Virus record (IMG/VR): IMGVR_UViG_3300008261_000093
Span: 1-52,461 of that record
Source: a virus
Lineage: Duplodnaviria > Caudoviricetes
Reading direction: 5' to 3' (one strand)
DNA: 52,461 nucleotides
Shown: in pieces, positions 36,227 through 44,932 of the stretch
Layout: the number at the start of each line of letters is the position of its first letter
Position numbering within the stretch: the stretch's first letter is position 1
Translations under genes and position numbers: made by a program
The notes under the pieces: model-generated
The model's input: the letters and a program-made list of their open reading frames with translations, nothing else
The model's database searches: none
What the model was told of the DNA's origin: nothing

Positions 36227-37603
36227 TTAAGGCATCATTGAAGATGCGATGTTTCTATCTGTATCGTCTGGTATTGCTTTAGGTGGTAATTTTGCACCAG
36301 GAGGAGGCTTACCATTAAAATTTTTAAATGCGTCAACAACTGGATTAGATGCCCCACCTGGTAGCCCCGTGGCGGGAATAAACTTACCCGCTTTATTAGG
36401 ATCTGGTACAAAAAGCTGTCCGTTAGCAGTTACAGAACCATCTGAGTTAACAACAATTCCTTTAGTTTCAGGAGCTTTTAATACCAAACCAATAGCATAC
36501 TTTTTAGCTTCTGCTGGAGTATATGGCTTATTTGTCTTAGGATTAATTTCTTGAGACTCAACAAGCATGTCAGCATATTCTTCAGCACGAGCTTTTGCAC
36601 TATCAGTTTTTGATTTTCCGCCACTACGTAAATACTCTGCGTAACCTTTATAGTAATCACCTTTATCAGCGGCTTCTTTCTCTTTAATGCCAACTTCACG
36701 CTCTTTGAGTCCTATCTGGCGCTCACCTTGCATATAAGCAATAACTTTATCTGGCGAGCCTAAAAGGTTTACAGACTGGGTCATAAAACGATTCATTGCT
36801 GCTTCAGACAATTTACTTACGGCACTATTTGAGTCACTTATAGTTTCTAAAACATCACCTTTAGGACCAAGAACTTGAATACGGCTACCAACACCATTTT
36901 TACCTTCTACAAACTTTAGGTTCTTCAGACCGTTTTTAGAGGCAACATCATAAACACCTTTTAAACCAAACGAATCAGCAGCACCTTGAATAGCAGCTAA
37001 ATCATCATTTAATTTTTCTTGGCTCTTAAAAAATTTGTCTTCGTTTTCAGATTGACGAACAACTTGTTTTAGCTGAATAGCTTCTAATGTACCTTTACGG
37101 CTAATCTGACCGGCAGCTTTTACATAGTCTTCCATGCCTCTAGCTTTTGTATACTCAGTAGGGCTCATCGCAGGAAGGGCAGCTTGAGGTCGTCTTTCCC
37201 CTTCAGCAGGTGCTTCAAAATCATATCTGCGAGTTTCTTTAGTTTCGCCTGATTTCATATATTGAGCGTTTTGACGCATTGCACCGACCGCAGATGCAGC
37301 AGCATCTCTTTCAAAAGCTTGATCTTCAGCGGTATTACCTGCTAGAGCACCTTGATTAGAAAGCATCTGAGCTTGTTGCGTACCAATTTCGCCACCGGTT
37401 TTTAGGGCTTGAGTGTAATCATCAGATTGCCCTACTCTAGCTTGAGATTGACGCCATGCAGCATCGAGTGCTTCTTTCTCAGCAATGTCTTTTTCAAGCT
37501 GCGAACGTTGTAACTGTTTAAGTCTTATATCTTCTGCACGCTCATAAGCTTTTACTCCAGATTCTGCTACTGCGCCAGCAAAGGCTCCCCAGTTCATTCC
37601 CAT
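36227..37603 (-). CDS. Putative internal virion / ejection protein
   Basis: 458 aa, starts MGMNWGAFAGAVA, helical, directly upstream of the giant gene. Confidence 0.7.
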   Translation of the reverse strand: MGMNWGAFAGAVAESGVKAYERAEDIRLKQLQRSQLEKDIAEKEALDAAWRQSQARVGQSDDYTQALKTGGEIGTQQAQMLSNQGALAGNTAEDQAFERDAAASAVGAMRQNAQYMKSGETKETRRYDFEAPAEGERRPQAALPAMSPTEYTKARGMEDYVKAAGQISRKGTLEAIQLKQVVRQSENEDKFFKSQEKLNDDLAAIQGAADSFGLKGVYDVASKNGLKNLKFVEGKNGVGSRIQVLGPKGDVLETISDSNSAVSKLSEAAMNRFMTQSVNLLGSPDKVIAYMQGERQIGLKEREVGIKEKEAADKGDYYKGYAEYLRSGGKSKTDSAKARAEEYADMLVESQEINPKTNKPYTPAEAKKYAIGLVLKAPETKGIVVNSDGSVTANGQLFVPDPNKAGKFIPATGLPGGASNPVVDAFKNFNGKPPPGAKLPPKAIPDDTDRNIASSMMP

Positions 37604-38335
37604 TTAAATCTCCAATATCTCGTGGATTCCAGCCATGTCAAGTGCTACAGCTTGGCTAATTTGTCTAATAATACTCGTTACTTCTTTATGTTTTTCAGGG
37701 TGAAACTTTTTAATATACTTCATGCGTTCTTTGCTATCCCCACAATAAGCAGTGCAATTCCAGCAATCTAAAGACGAATGAGCCATGCTCAAACGCTCAG
37801 TAATTTCTACATTATTTGCTTCTAAAAACTTAGTTACTTTACTATTATCCCAGTCTTTTATGGGGAAATAGTATTCAATACCATCAAAAGTATCACCTGA
37901 TTTAAAGGGAGAACGATGAGCTTCATCAGATCGCTGTCCACGAATAATAGCTGTTACTCCTAGTTTTCTAGCTATATCATCAGCTGGCTTCCAAAAGTTG
38001 TCGTGGCAACAATCCATGTAACTGCGAATTTTAATTGGTTTACTTTTAGTACAAGCTTGACCATATGAAGAATAAGAAATTGGAACTATATCAGCAGGAT
38101 AGCCGTGTTTTGCTATAGAAGCTGGCTGGTCAGTTTGGACTTCAAGAAAATTAGGTACAGAGCTACGAATTACTTTCATCATTTCAATAATTTCTGGAAA
38201 CGCTGCGCCTGTATTAACCCAAATAAGAATCGTTTTATCCAAATAGTCTTTTATTAGGTGCAAACAAGCAAGCGAATCACGCCCACCTGAAAACATCAAG
38301 GCTACTTTTTCATGACGGTTAAAAAAATCTTTCAT
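37604..38335 (-). CDS. PAPS-reductase-family (PP-loop) protein
   Basis: FSGGRDS, VNTG, GQRSDE, FPIKDW, SLDCWNCT; likely start MKDFF at 38335 in a TAATG overlap. Confidence 0.85.
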   Translation of the reverse strand: MKDFFNRHEKVALMFSGGRDSLACLHLIKDYLDKTILIWVNTGAAFPEIIEMMKVIRSSVPNFLEVQTDQPASIAKHGYPADIVPISYSSYGQACTKSKPIKIRSYMDCCHDNFWKPADDIARKLGVTAIIRGQRSDEAHRSPFKSGDTFDGIEYYFPIKDWDNSKVTKFLEANNVEITERLSMAHSSLDCWNCTAYCGDSKERMKYIKKFHPEKHKEVTSIIRQISQAVALDMAGIHEILEI

Positions 38336-38360
38336 TAGTAAGCTGTAATAGCCGCTCCAC

Positions 38361-39032
38361 CTAAACTTGATTACCAAATTGACCTTGAGATAGAGCAATT
38401 GCATCCATTTTCTTAGCCCATCCTAACTGCTCAGCCGCAGTACGGGCACGATTAGCAGCCGCAGAACCAACCGCAGCTTCCATAATAGAGTTAACATTAC
38501 CTGTAGATACAGAACGACCAGATGTTGGGTCAATACCAAAAGACTGTAAACGACGCTGCTCATCGGCTGCCTTAATACCAAACGCAGATTTAACATCGCC
38601 AAGGGCTTCGGAAGCTATACGCTCACGATTTGCGTCTGTATCATAGTCGGTGGCAGCTTTATAAATGCTTTCACGCATTGGCTTGCCTTTTGTTTCAAAC
38701 TCTTCCATGGTTTTTTTAGCAGAACTAATCTGCATTTCTTGGAGTTCTCTATCTAAAGCAAACTGCTCATCTGCTCGTACGTCTTGTTTTTCCGCCTGTT
38801 CTTTTATTTTAGGCCAAACATCATTTTTCCAATTATCTAAGTACTCTCTAGAAATCTTAGCCATTTCTTGCTGAGCAATACCAATATTGGGATCTGGAGC
38901 AGGAGCAGAAACACTGGCTCCGCCACCGCCTTTACCACCACCTTCAAGTGTCATGCCACGGGCAAAAGGCCCAGACCCACCACGGGGGGAAAACGCCCGC
39001 TCGGGTAGCATCGATTCTAAGTCGTATCTCAT
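38361..39032 (-). CDS. Putative ejection (DNA pilot-like) protein, apparently truncated or frameshifted near the C-terminus
   Basis: EGGGKGGG..APAPDPNIG pattern; an out-of-frame SLGGAAITAY* tail follows and is coupled to the next gene. Confidence 0.65.
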   Translation of the reverse strand: MRYDLESMLPERAFSPRGGSGPFARGMTLEGGGKGGGGASVSAPAPDPNIGIAQQEMAKISREYLDNWKNDVWPKIKEQAEKQDVRADEQFALDRELQEMQISSAKKTMEEFETKGKPMRESIYKAATDYDTDANRERIASEALGDVKSAFGIKAADEQRRLQSFGIDPTSGRSVSTGNVNSIMEAAVGSAAANRARTAAEQLGWAKKMDAIALSQGQFGNQV

Positions 39033-39451
39033 CGCTTAATCTCCAGCCATCGGCACTCTTCTTTTAGCATGCCATATAAAATAAAATTACTTCCATCGCT
39101 AGCACCTTTACGAATCAAACCTTCTCGTTTAAATCCAAGATGCTCATCAAACCTTTGTGCGTCTAAATTGTCTTCTCTAACAAGCCCTGTGATTCTGTAA
39201 CATTTTACCTGCAAAAAAGGATAAGCAAAACAACGATATAGGTAGTCTTTAGTCATCCATCGCCTACCTGGTACTGCTGCTACATGCATCATAATTGATG
39301 GTCCTGTGTACAAATTAAACACCACACCAGCAATTAACTCACCATCTTCTTCTAACCCAATTGCCACAGCCTTACCAAAATCGTCTTCGTCGATCCTAGA
39401 ACCGACCCAGGGGATTATCCTATCTTCTTGGCCATAAATAGCTGTTTTCAT
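39029..39451 (-). CDS. GNAT-family acetyltransferase-like protein
   Basis: N..AQRFDEHLGFKREG..R, YGMLKEECRWL; usual position before ejection genes. Confidence 0.8.
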   Translation of the reverse strand: MKTAIYGQEDRIIPWVGSRIDEDDFGKAVAIGLEEDGELIAGVVFNLYTGPSIMMHVAAVPGRRWMTKDYLYRCFAYPFLQVKCYRITGLVREDNLDAQRFDEHLGFKREGLIRKGASDGSNFILYGMLKEECRWLEIKR

Positions 39452-39494
39452 TGGGTTTACTCACCTATATACCACATATGCACCCTATTGTAAA

Positions 39495-39707
39495 TCACTG
39501 TCCGGATGCATTCAATCTAATAATTATCTCATTTACCTTACTAATTACATCACTCAAAGACGCTGTGCTGTTCAAAGTTGTAATTTCTCCGATACCAAGC
39601 CGAGCGCCGTTGATTGTTTCTATGTTTTCCTTAATGGCTGCAATTGCCTGATTTAAAGTTCTATCAGTAGTATTAACCGCAGGAATACCTGGTTTTCTAA
39701 AAGCCAT
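39495..39707 (-). CDS. Small tail-associated protein
   Basis: KPGIP..AIKENIE..TG/NGAR pattern; coupled to upstream stop. Confidence 0.7.
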   Translation of the reverse strand: MAFRKPGIPAVNTTDRTLNQAIAAIKENIETINGARLGIGEITTLNSTASLSDVISKVNEIIIRLNASGQ

Positions 39708-41512
39708 TACGGAGCAATCTCTCTAAGTTCGCCAATTGAGCTAGCTAATGCAACCATCCTAGTGGGGGTATTTCCCGAAATTCGGATTTCATATACATAC
39801 CCTTTTTGAAGAGCAGGAAGCCTAAAAGGTTCTTGATTTAAAATATCTTTTTGAAAAATTTGAACTCCATCTGCGTACAAAATTACAGTAATAAAGCGAG
39901 TTGCCCCTAGTGGGGGAATATTAACAAGTAAGCTACCGTTAAACTCATACTGATTAATATACCCACTATTAAACTGCCCTTGCACGTTACCAGCAAATAA
40001 TGCAGCGTTTGCGGCCTTTAAAGCATTTACGTACGCATTATAAGCAGCTAAATCGTCCATAAAAGTAAAATTTGCTTGAACTTTCATAGCCCCAAAGTTT
40101 AAAGGGTTAGGCATAACAAATTTCTTAGACAACCACTCAAAAGTCGTAAAGTTAAGAGTAGAAGCATCTAACTTATAAACTTTGTTATCTGTATTACTAA
40201 CAGCAAAAACATCAGAAATACTTCTATCTACAAATACAGAACGAGCTGGAAAATCTAAATTTACTAATGGAGGTATATCACCCCTAGATAGAACAAAACC
40301 GGTACGAGTACCCCCGTCAGGTAAATAAAAACCCATGTACATATTGTTATAAATCGTACCAACAATTGTTTCTGGATTTAGTAGTTGCCACTCGTCTCGG
40401 GTATAAAGAGGTACAGTTACAACGTCTTGACTACCAGATCCTAAGGAAACTAATCCGTTAGGAGAAGCATAAAGCACACCATATTGATCTGAAGCAATAG
40501 ACTTTTTAGATACACATGGTTGGGGGATTGGCAGCTTTTGCTGCGTCATAGATGCTGGGGATACACCTGAAATAAGGTATGGGAATCTTGTAGTTAGAAC
40601 AACTAATGTGGTTTCATAAACCCCAAGCCCAACAATCTGATAATCCACTGTAAGAGAGTAAATATCAGGCCATGCGTGTGGATAATAAGGCTCTGAAAAG
40701 TAAATCTGATTTCCAATAAATCCTGCCAAAATTCCGTTTGGCATGGCTACAAGCCCTTGTAGATTCGCAGGTGGAGGCGTCCAGTATAAAGATGGAAGCT
40801 CAGATCCTAACTGATCAACAGTTAAACTATCTACATAACTTGTTGTTGCAAGTGGGATTTCTGCTACAAAACTATAGATAACATTAGTAGCACCAGTAAT
40901 AGTCCTATAAATACGGCGGTGTGTAATGTTGTAGCCCGTTGTCGGAGCAGCTGAAAATCCAGAAACTGTAACTGTCGTACCAGCTACCGTGCTTACTGAA
41001 ACTGTTTGTGCTGGGCTTGGAGCAGATTCTTCTTTAACCGTGCCAAATGTGCTGACGTACGTATAAACGTACGCTCTTGTTTCTGTGGGTGCAGTACTAC
41101 TAGAAGCAGATAGGGTAGGGGCAGCAACTGGTGCTGGAACACCCATATATAACCATGCGTCGGGGTAGGGTTGAGTACCTGCTCCGCTTGTTGTAGCTAA
41201 TGCATAGTTTGTCTTTTTTGGAGCTCCGTCGCCTGTATAGTAATAGCGAAACTCATTAACGTCAGCAACTGGACCGGGAACCATATCCACATCAGCCGCC
41301 CACTCTAGCCAATATTTTAATCCGCTAGGGCTATCAATACGATAAATTGTTTGTACGTTTGGGGTTGTCGGAGTAAATTCTAAAACAGGTTCTGCCCACG
41401 AGCGAAGCTCACGGGATTGAAGTTTTACATTAAGCGCCTTTTGCGCTTGATTAGCCTCAATTTGGGTAGGGCCTGTCCTAGGAACAATTCCTGAGAAATC
41501 TTCGACCTTAAT
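39707..41512 (-). CDS. Tail nozzle / stabilization protein; reading frame extends 74 codons upstream of the first canonical start
   Basis: FSEPYYPHAWP, PCVSKKS, YASPNGLV; frame open to 41521 (IKVEDFSGIVPR...), AAGGAG 5 nt before ATT at 41512. Confidence 0.75.
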   Translation of the reverse strand: MKVEDFSGIVPRTGPTQIEANQAQKALNVKLQSRELRSWAEPVLEFTPTTPNVQTIYRIDSPSGLKYWLEWAADVDMVPGPVADVNEFRYYYTGDGAPKKTNYALATTSGAGTQPYPDAWLYMGVPAPVAAPTLSASSSTAPTETRAYVYTYVSTFGTVKEESAPSPAQTVSVSTVAGTTVTVSGFSAAPTTGYNITHRRIYRTITGATNVIYSFVAEIPLATTSYVDSLTVDQLGSELPSLYWTPPPANLQGLVAMPNGILAGFIGNQIYFSEPYYPHAWPDIYSLTVDYQIVGLGVYETTLVVLTTRFPYLISGVSPASMTQQKLPIPQPCVSKKSIASDQYGVLYASPNGLVSLGSGSQDVVTVPLYTRDEWQLLNPETIVGTIYNNMYMGFYLPDGGTRTGFVLSRGDIPPLVNLDFPARSVFVDRSISDVFAVSNTDNKVYKLDASTLNFTTFEWLSKKFVMPNPLNFGAMKVQANFTFMDDLAAYNAYVNALKAANAALFAGNVQGQFNSGYINQYEFNGSLLVNIPPLGATRFITVILYADGVQIFQKDILNQEPFRLPALQKGYVYEIRISGNTPTRMVALASSIGELREIAP

Positions 41513-41536
41513 AAATTCTCCTTATGTAAAAAACTA

Positions 41537-41989
41537 CTAACTAAATATTCTAGTGCCTTTAGAATCAATAATCAATGCACTTTTTCGAGGTGTCCCATCA
41601 GCGGAGTTAGGCACAGAAATATGTGTCCATCCGCCTGGCTTACCTTCTTCATAGAATTCTTGAATAATCTGATCAAACGGTACACCCCTAGCAATAATAA
41701 GTTTACATGCATCACGGGGGGTCATTCCTGGAACTCGAATGTCTGCCGCGCATCCTGTACGGTGCTGGCTTGAATCTTTTGATCCTACTCCGTCGTTTAC
41801 TTGCTTAGAACGAAATGCTGAATTAACAATAATAGGCACTCCTAGAGCGTCCCGTACCATTTCTAGTAAGTAAGCTAGGCGAGTAAGATTTTTTATTTCT
41901 TCTTCATTTGGGGTGTTATCCCAGCCTTTTCTAGCGGCTATGTCTGAAACAATCAATTCTTCAAGGGAAAAATGGGGGGTTAGTTTCAT
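41537..41989 (-). CDS. Endolysin, peptidase M15 family
   Basis: LTPHFSLEE, SAFRS, SQH..GCAADI, WTHIS. Confidence 0.9.
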   Translation of the reverse strand: MKLTPHFSLEELIVSDIAARKGWDNTPNEEEIKNLTRLAYLLEMVRDALGVPIIVNSAFRSKQVNDGVGSKDSSQHRTGCAADIRVPGMTPRDACKLIIARGVPFDQIIQEFYEEGKPGGWTHISVPNSADGTPRKSALIIDSKGTRIFS

Positions 41990-42393
41990 TCCTTTTTGTC
42001 CTTTGCTTTCATGTCCATAATCTTTTCAAGGGTGCGGCCACCAAAGTAGAAAGACATAATCAGCATACCCCACTGGCCTAGGAGCTCAACATAGTTATTA
42101 TTAACCTCAATATCCCATGCCGACATCATCGCAAACATGGAATAAACCATCAAAATAAATACTAAAGTCATGGGGCGGATGTTTTTAGATAGCCATGAAT
42201 CACTAGCCATATCCGCTTCTTGGCGTTTGGTTAGCTCTTGGGCTTCAATATTATCGGCGTTTAATTCTGCCAATTTACCTTCTTGTTGCATCTTAAGAAG
42301 TTCAGCTTGAGCTTTGGCTTTGGCTTCTGGATCAGGAATAAACTTATCTAGTACCTTCATCCCAACATCAACTAATGCGGCTAACGGAAACAT
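41986..42393 (-). CDS. Holin (3TM / GTA-type)
   Basis: SDSWLSKNIRP, two TM helices, FYFGGRT. Confidence 0.85.
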   Translation of the reverse strand: MFPLAALVDVGMKVLDKFIPDPEAKAKAQAELLKMQQEGKLAELNADNIEAQELTKRQEADMASDSWLSKNIRPMTLVFILMVYSMFAMMSAWDIEVNNNYVELLGQWGMLIMSFYFGGRTLEKIMDMKAKDKKE

Positions 42394-42842
42394 TATTTAC
42401 TCCCCCATACTATGTACCACGCAATCCAGCCTGCTGCCATAAAGCACCAGAACTGCACCCATTTAACTTTTGCCAGCTCATCGTCAAAGTATTTCTTATC
42501 TTCTTTTTCTAGCCGTTCAATTTCTTGTTTAATATCCAAGAGTTTTTGCCATTCTTTAGCACCATACTTCTTTATAAAATCTATCCTTAATTTATACTCT
42601 TCATCCGAAATCTGCTTCCGATGTTTGTATTCCTCAAGGGCTTTGAATATTGCCCGTTCTTTCTTAAACTCTGCTTCTCTGCGCTCACGAATCTTGGCAT
42701 TCGCCCGTTCCTTCGCTACATCTACTGCTTCTTTCTGAACATCCTCGATGTTCTTACCAATTTCCCTACCAGCTTCTCGTCCAGTCTTTATACCTTCGCT
42801 GATGCCTTTAGCACCGGCTGATAACCCCAAATCGTCTGGCAT
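42393..42842 (-). CDS. Coiled-coil protein with C-terminal TM anchor (lysis cluster)
   Basis: 149 aa; WVQFWCFMAAGWIAWYIVW. Confidence 0.7.
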   Translation of the reverse strand: MPDDLGLSAGAKGISEGIKTGREAGREIGKNIEDVQKEAVDVAKERANAKIRERREAEFKKERAIFKALEEYKHRKQISDEEYKLRIDFIKKYGAKEWQKLLDIKQEIERLEKEDKKYFDDELAKVKWVQFWCFMAAGWIAWYIVWGSK

Positions 42843-42850
42843 AACTCATT

Positions 42851-43000
42851 CTAGCTTCCTATTTTAATGTGGCCCGCACCGGCTAAGTAAGTTACAAGTG
42901 ATAAAGCTCCTAAGCCAACGACCCAAAAGAACTTTTTGACTACTGACTCACCAATTGATGTATATACATTTTGAATAACTTTTTCAGTTACTCGTTCTAC
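42851..43000 (-). pseudogene. Start-less membrane-protein gene fragment
   Basis: VERVTEKVIQNVYTSIGESVVKKFFWVVGLGALSLVTYLAGAGHIKIGS*; in-frame TGA at 43016-43018 and no ATG/GTG/TTG in frame. Confidence 0.6.
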
Positions 43001-43209
43001 GCACCTGTATCTGTTTCAGTTAACATAGGGATCTTACCAATTAATCCGTGACGACCTTGATATGCTTCTGCAATAGAATCTGCATTATCAATAATTGTGT
43101 CGTAGAAAGATCCTAAAGCCATATGTTGTGCGTATGACTTAGTATTTAAGTGCTCACGATGAGCGACTTCTCGGCTTAAAAACAAAATGGCTATTAGGCG
43201 TGCGATCAT
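42997..43209 (-). CDS. Ferritin/Dps-like (DUF5856-like) protein, apparently C-terminally truncated
   Basis: AHREHLNTKSYAQHMALGSFYD...AEAYQG; only about two helices of a four-helix bundle. Confidence 0.65.
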   Translation of the reverse strand: MIARLIAILFLSREVAHREHLNTKSYAQHMALGSFYDTIIDNADSIAEAYQGRHGLIGKIPMLTETDTGA

Positions 43210-43227
43210 ATTAATTTTTCCTAGTAA

Positions 43228-44364
43228 TTAGTTGTATTCGTAGACAACAATAATCCCACTGCCGCCAGTGCCAGCCGTACCACCATATCCAGCAGAACCG
43301 CCACCGCCGCCATATAAACCGTTTTGACCTACAGTTCCATAGCCACCTCCAGCTCCGGGCATTCCAAAAAATGCAGGTCTACCACCAGATAGTCCCCATG
43401 TACTACCACCAAAAAATGATCCTGGGGTTTCACCTGGAATATTTAAGTCCCCACCTGTTGCAGACCCACCTGTACCACCTTGGGGATAACCACCAGGTGC
43501 AGAAGGAATACCACCACCATTTCCAGTTATTGTTCCACTTGGAGCGTTAAAAGTTGAAGATGTTCCGGCAGTAGGTGTAGTGCCGCTGGGAACACCACCA
43601 GTACCAACATTTCCACTAATTGAGGCTATAGATGTGACGTCTAATAATTTAATTGCACAACCACCAGCACCACCACCAGTACCGCCGCCGCTGCTGTATA
43701 TAAGCCCCGGACCGCCGCCGCCAATGACGTACACATATATCTTTTTTATTCCTGCTGGTCTAGTCCAAGTAATTGCTCCAGGAGTTGTAAAGTACTGAAC
43801 AGAAATAAACCCACCAGCACCACCAACAGGGGTAACGTTAGCCAAAACAAAAGCCGTAGTTGCTATCTGAGTTGTATTAGTTCCAACCGCAGCAGTTGGC
43901 GCTGTAGGAGTACCTGTTATTACGGGCGAAGCTAAAGTAGCTACACCAGAAAAGTTATTAGTGCCGCTAAATGTGTTATTACCGCTAAGTGTATTGTTGC
44001 CGCTATGAGTATTGTTACCACTTAAGGTGAGTGTGCCACTAAGTGTGCCACTACTATCTAATTGAACTAAATTATCAAAAACAGCAGATACTGGCCGCAT
44101 AGCACAACCAGAGCCCGAAAGAAAAGCTTGCGCTGTTGTATTATCTTGGGCGCGAACAACCGTTAATGTGTCTGTAACTCTAGCAGTGCACTTAACAATT
44201 TCATAGTTACCAACGCTATCAAATAAAGTTGCATAGAAAAAGCTACTTCCACTTGGTGAGGGAAATAAACTACCTAGGCCTGCAGCTAAAACAATTGTAG
44301 TATCACTAGTAGTAATAGACGCTGCTAAAGTTGCAGTAACATTATTTTTAAATAGAGCTGGCAT
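43228..44364 (-). CDS. Tail fibre protein with Gly-rich C-terminal domain
   Basis: FKNNVTATLAASI..EIVKCTAR N-terminus; SGNNT repeats; PTAPTA..NTTQIATTAFV; GSGIIVVYEY. Confidence 0.85.
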   Translation of the reverse strand: MPALFKNNVTATLAASITTSDTTIVLAAGLGSLFPSPSGSSFFYATLFDSVGNYEIVKCTARVTDTLTVVRAQDNTTAQAFLSGSGCAMRPVSAVFDNLVQLDSSGTLSGTLTLSGNNTHSGNNTLSGNNTFSGTNNFSGVATLASPVITGTPTAPTAAVGTNTTQIATTAFVLANVTPVGGAGGFISVQYFTTPGAITWTRPAGIKKIYVYVIGGGGPGLIYSSGGGTGGGAGGCAIKLLDVTSIASISGNVGTGGVPSGTTPTAGTSSTFNAPSGTITGNGGGIPSAPGGYPQGGTGGSATGGDLNIPGETPGSFFGGSTWGLSGGRPAFFGMPGAGGGYGTVGQNGLYGGGGGSAGYGGTAGTGGSGIIVVYEYN

Positions 44365-44388
44365 TTTTTTCTACCTTTATTTGCTAAT

Positions 44389-44502
44389 TTAAGACCAAAT
44401 GCCTAATTTTTTATAGCGCATTTGTTGTGTCAATGTAAAAATACCTCGGCTTGTGCTTGGCACAATTGTATAAATAATTCCACCAGTCCATCTTTGACTC
44501 AT
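44389..44502 (-). CDS. 37-aa stand-alone tail-fibre N-terminal motif peptide (not in ORF track)
   Basis: MSQRWTGGIIYTIVPSTSRGIFTLTQQMRYKKLGIWS; ATGA-coupled to upstream gene. Confidence 0.65.
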   Translation of the reverse strand: MSQRWTGGIIYTIVPSTSRGIFTLTQQMRYKKLGIWS

Positions 44503-44918
44503 AATGTTATCTCTATCCAGTTAGTTGTTGGCTCATCCCACCGATATTTTTTTCCGTCATTTGGGTATGGTACGGGTGGGTCAAAACGGCAAGTAAATTC
44601 GTTAAACGTCCAAGACGAAAATCCTACAATAGCTGCAAAATTAGCTTTGACTTGGTCTTGAAGTGCAGTAATTTCTTCTCTTGTCATTAAGTCACATGTA
44701 TGCACGTCTGTCCAAACACCGTCGGGGCGCTTTTGATAATTTACTCTATGGTTTTTTTCATATGGGCTTGGCACTGGGGGAGGTACACGTTCAAAGCGAG
44801 CAAAGTTACTTGGTAAGTTGTTAGTGTCAATATGTGGAAAAGCCTCACGAAAATTGTTACCCATTATTGGGTGATTCACCACATTTCCGTTTTTATCTAC
44901 TTGAATAAAAAGTTCCAT
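44499..44918 (-). CDS. Tail fibre assembly-like protein
   Basis: SWTFNEFTCRFDPPVPYPNDGKKYRWDE. Confidence 0.75.
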   Translation of the reverse strand: MELFIQVDKNGNVVNHPIMGNNFREAFPHIDTNNLPSNFARFERVPPPVPSPYEKNHRVNYQKRPDGVWTDVHTCDLMTREEITALQDQVKANFAAIVGFSSWTFNEFTCRFDPPVPYPNDGKKYRWDEPTTNWIEITL

Positions 44919-44932
44919 CTTATTTCCTTAAA

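Noticed and set aside
38336-38404. 23-aa N-terminal extension of the PAPS-reductase-like ORF
   Set aside because: The TAATG-coupled ATG at 38335 is the better start; the extension overlaps the upstream gene.
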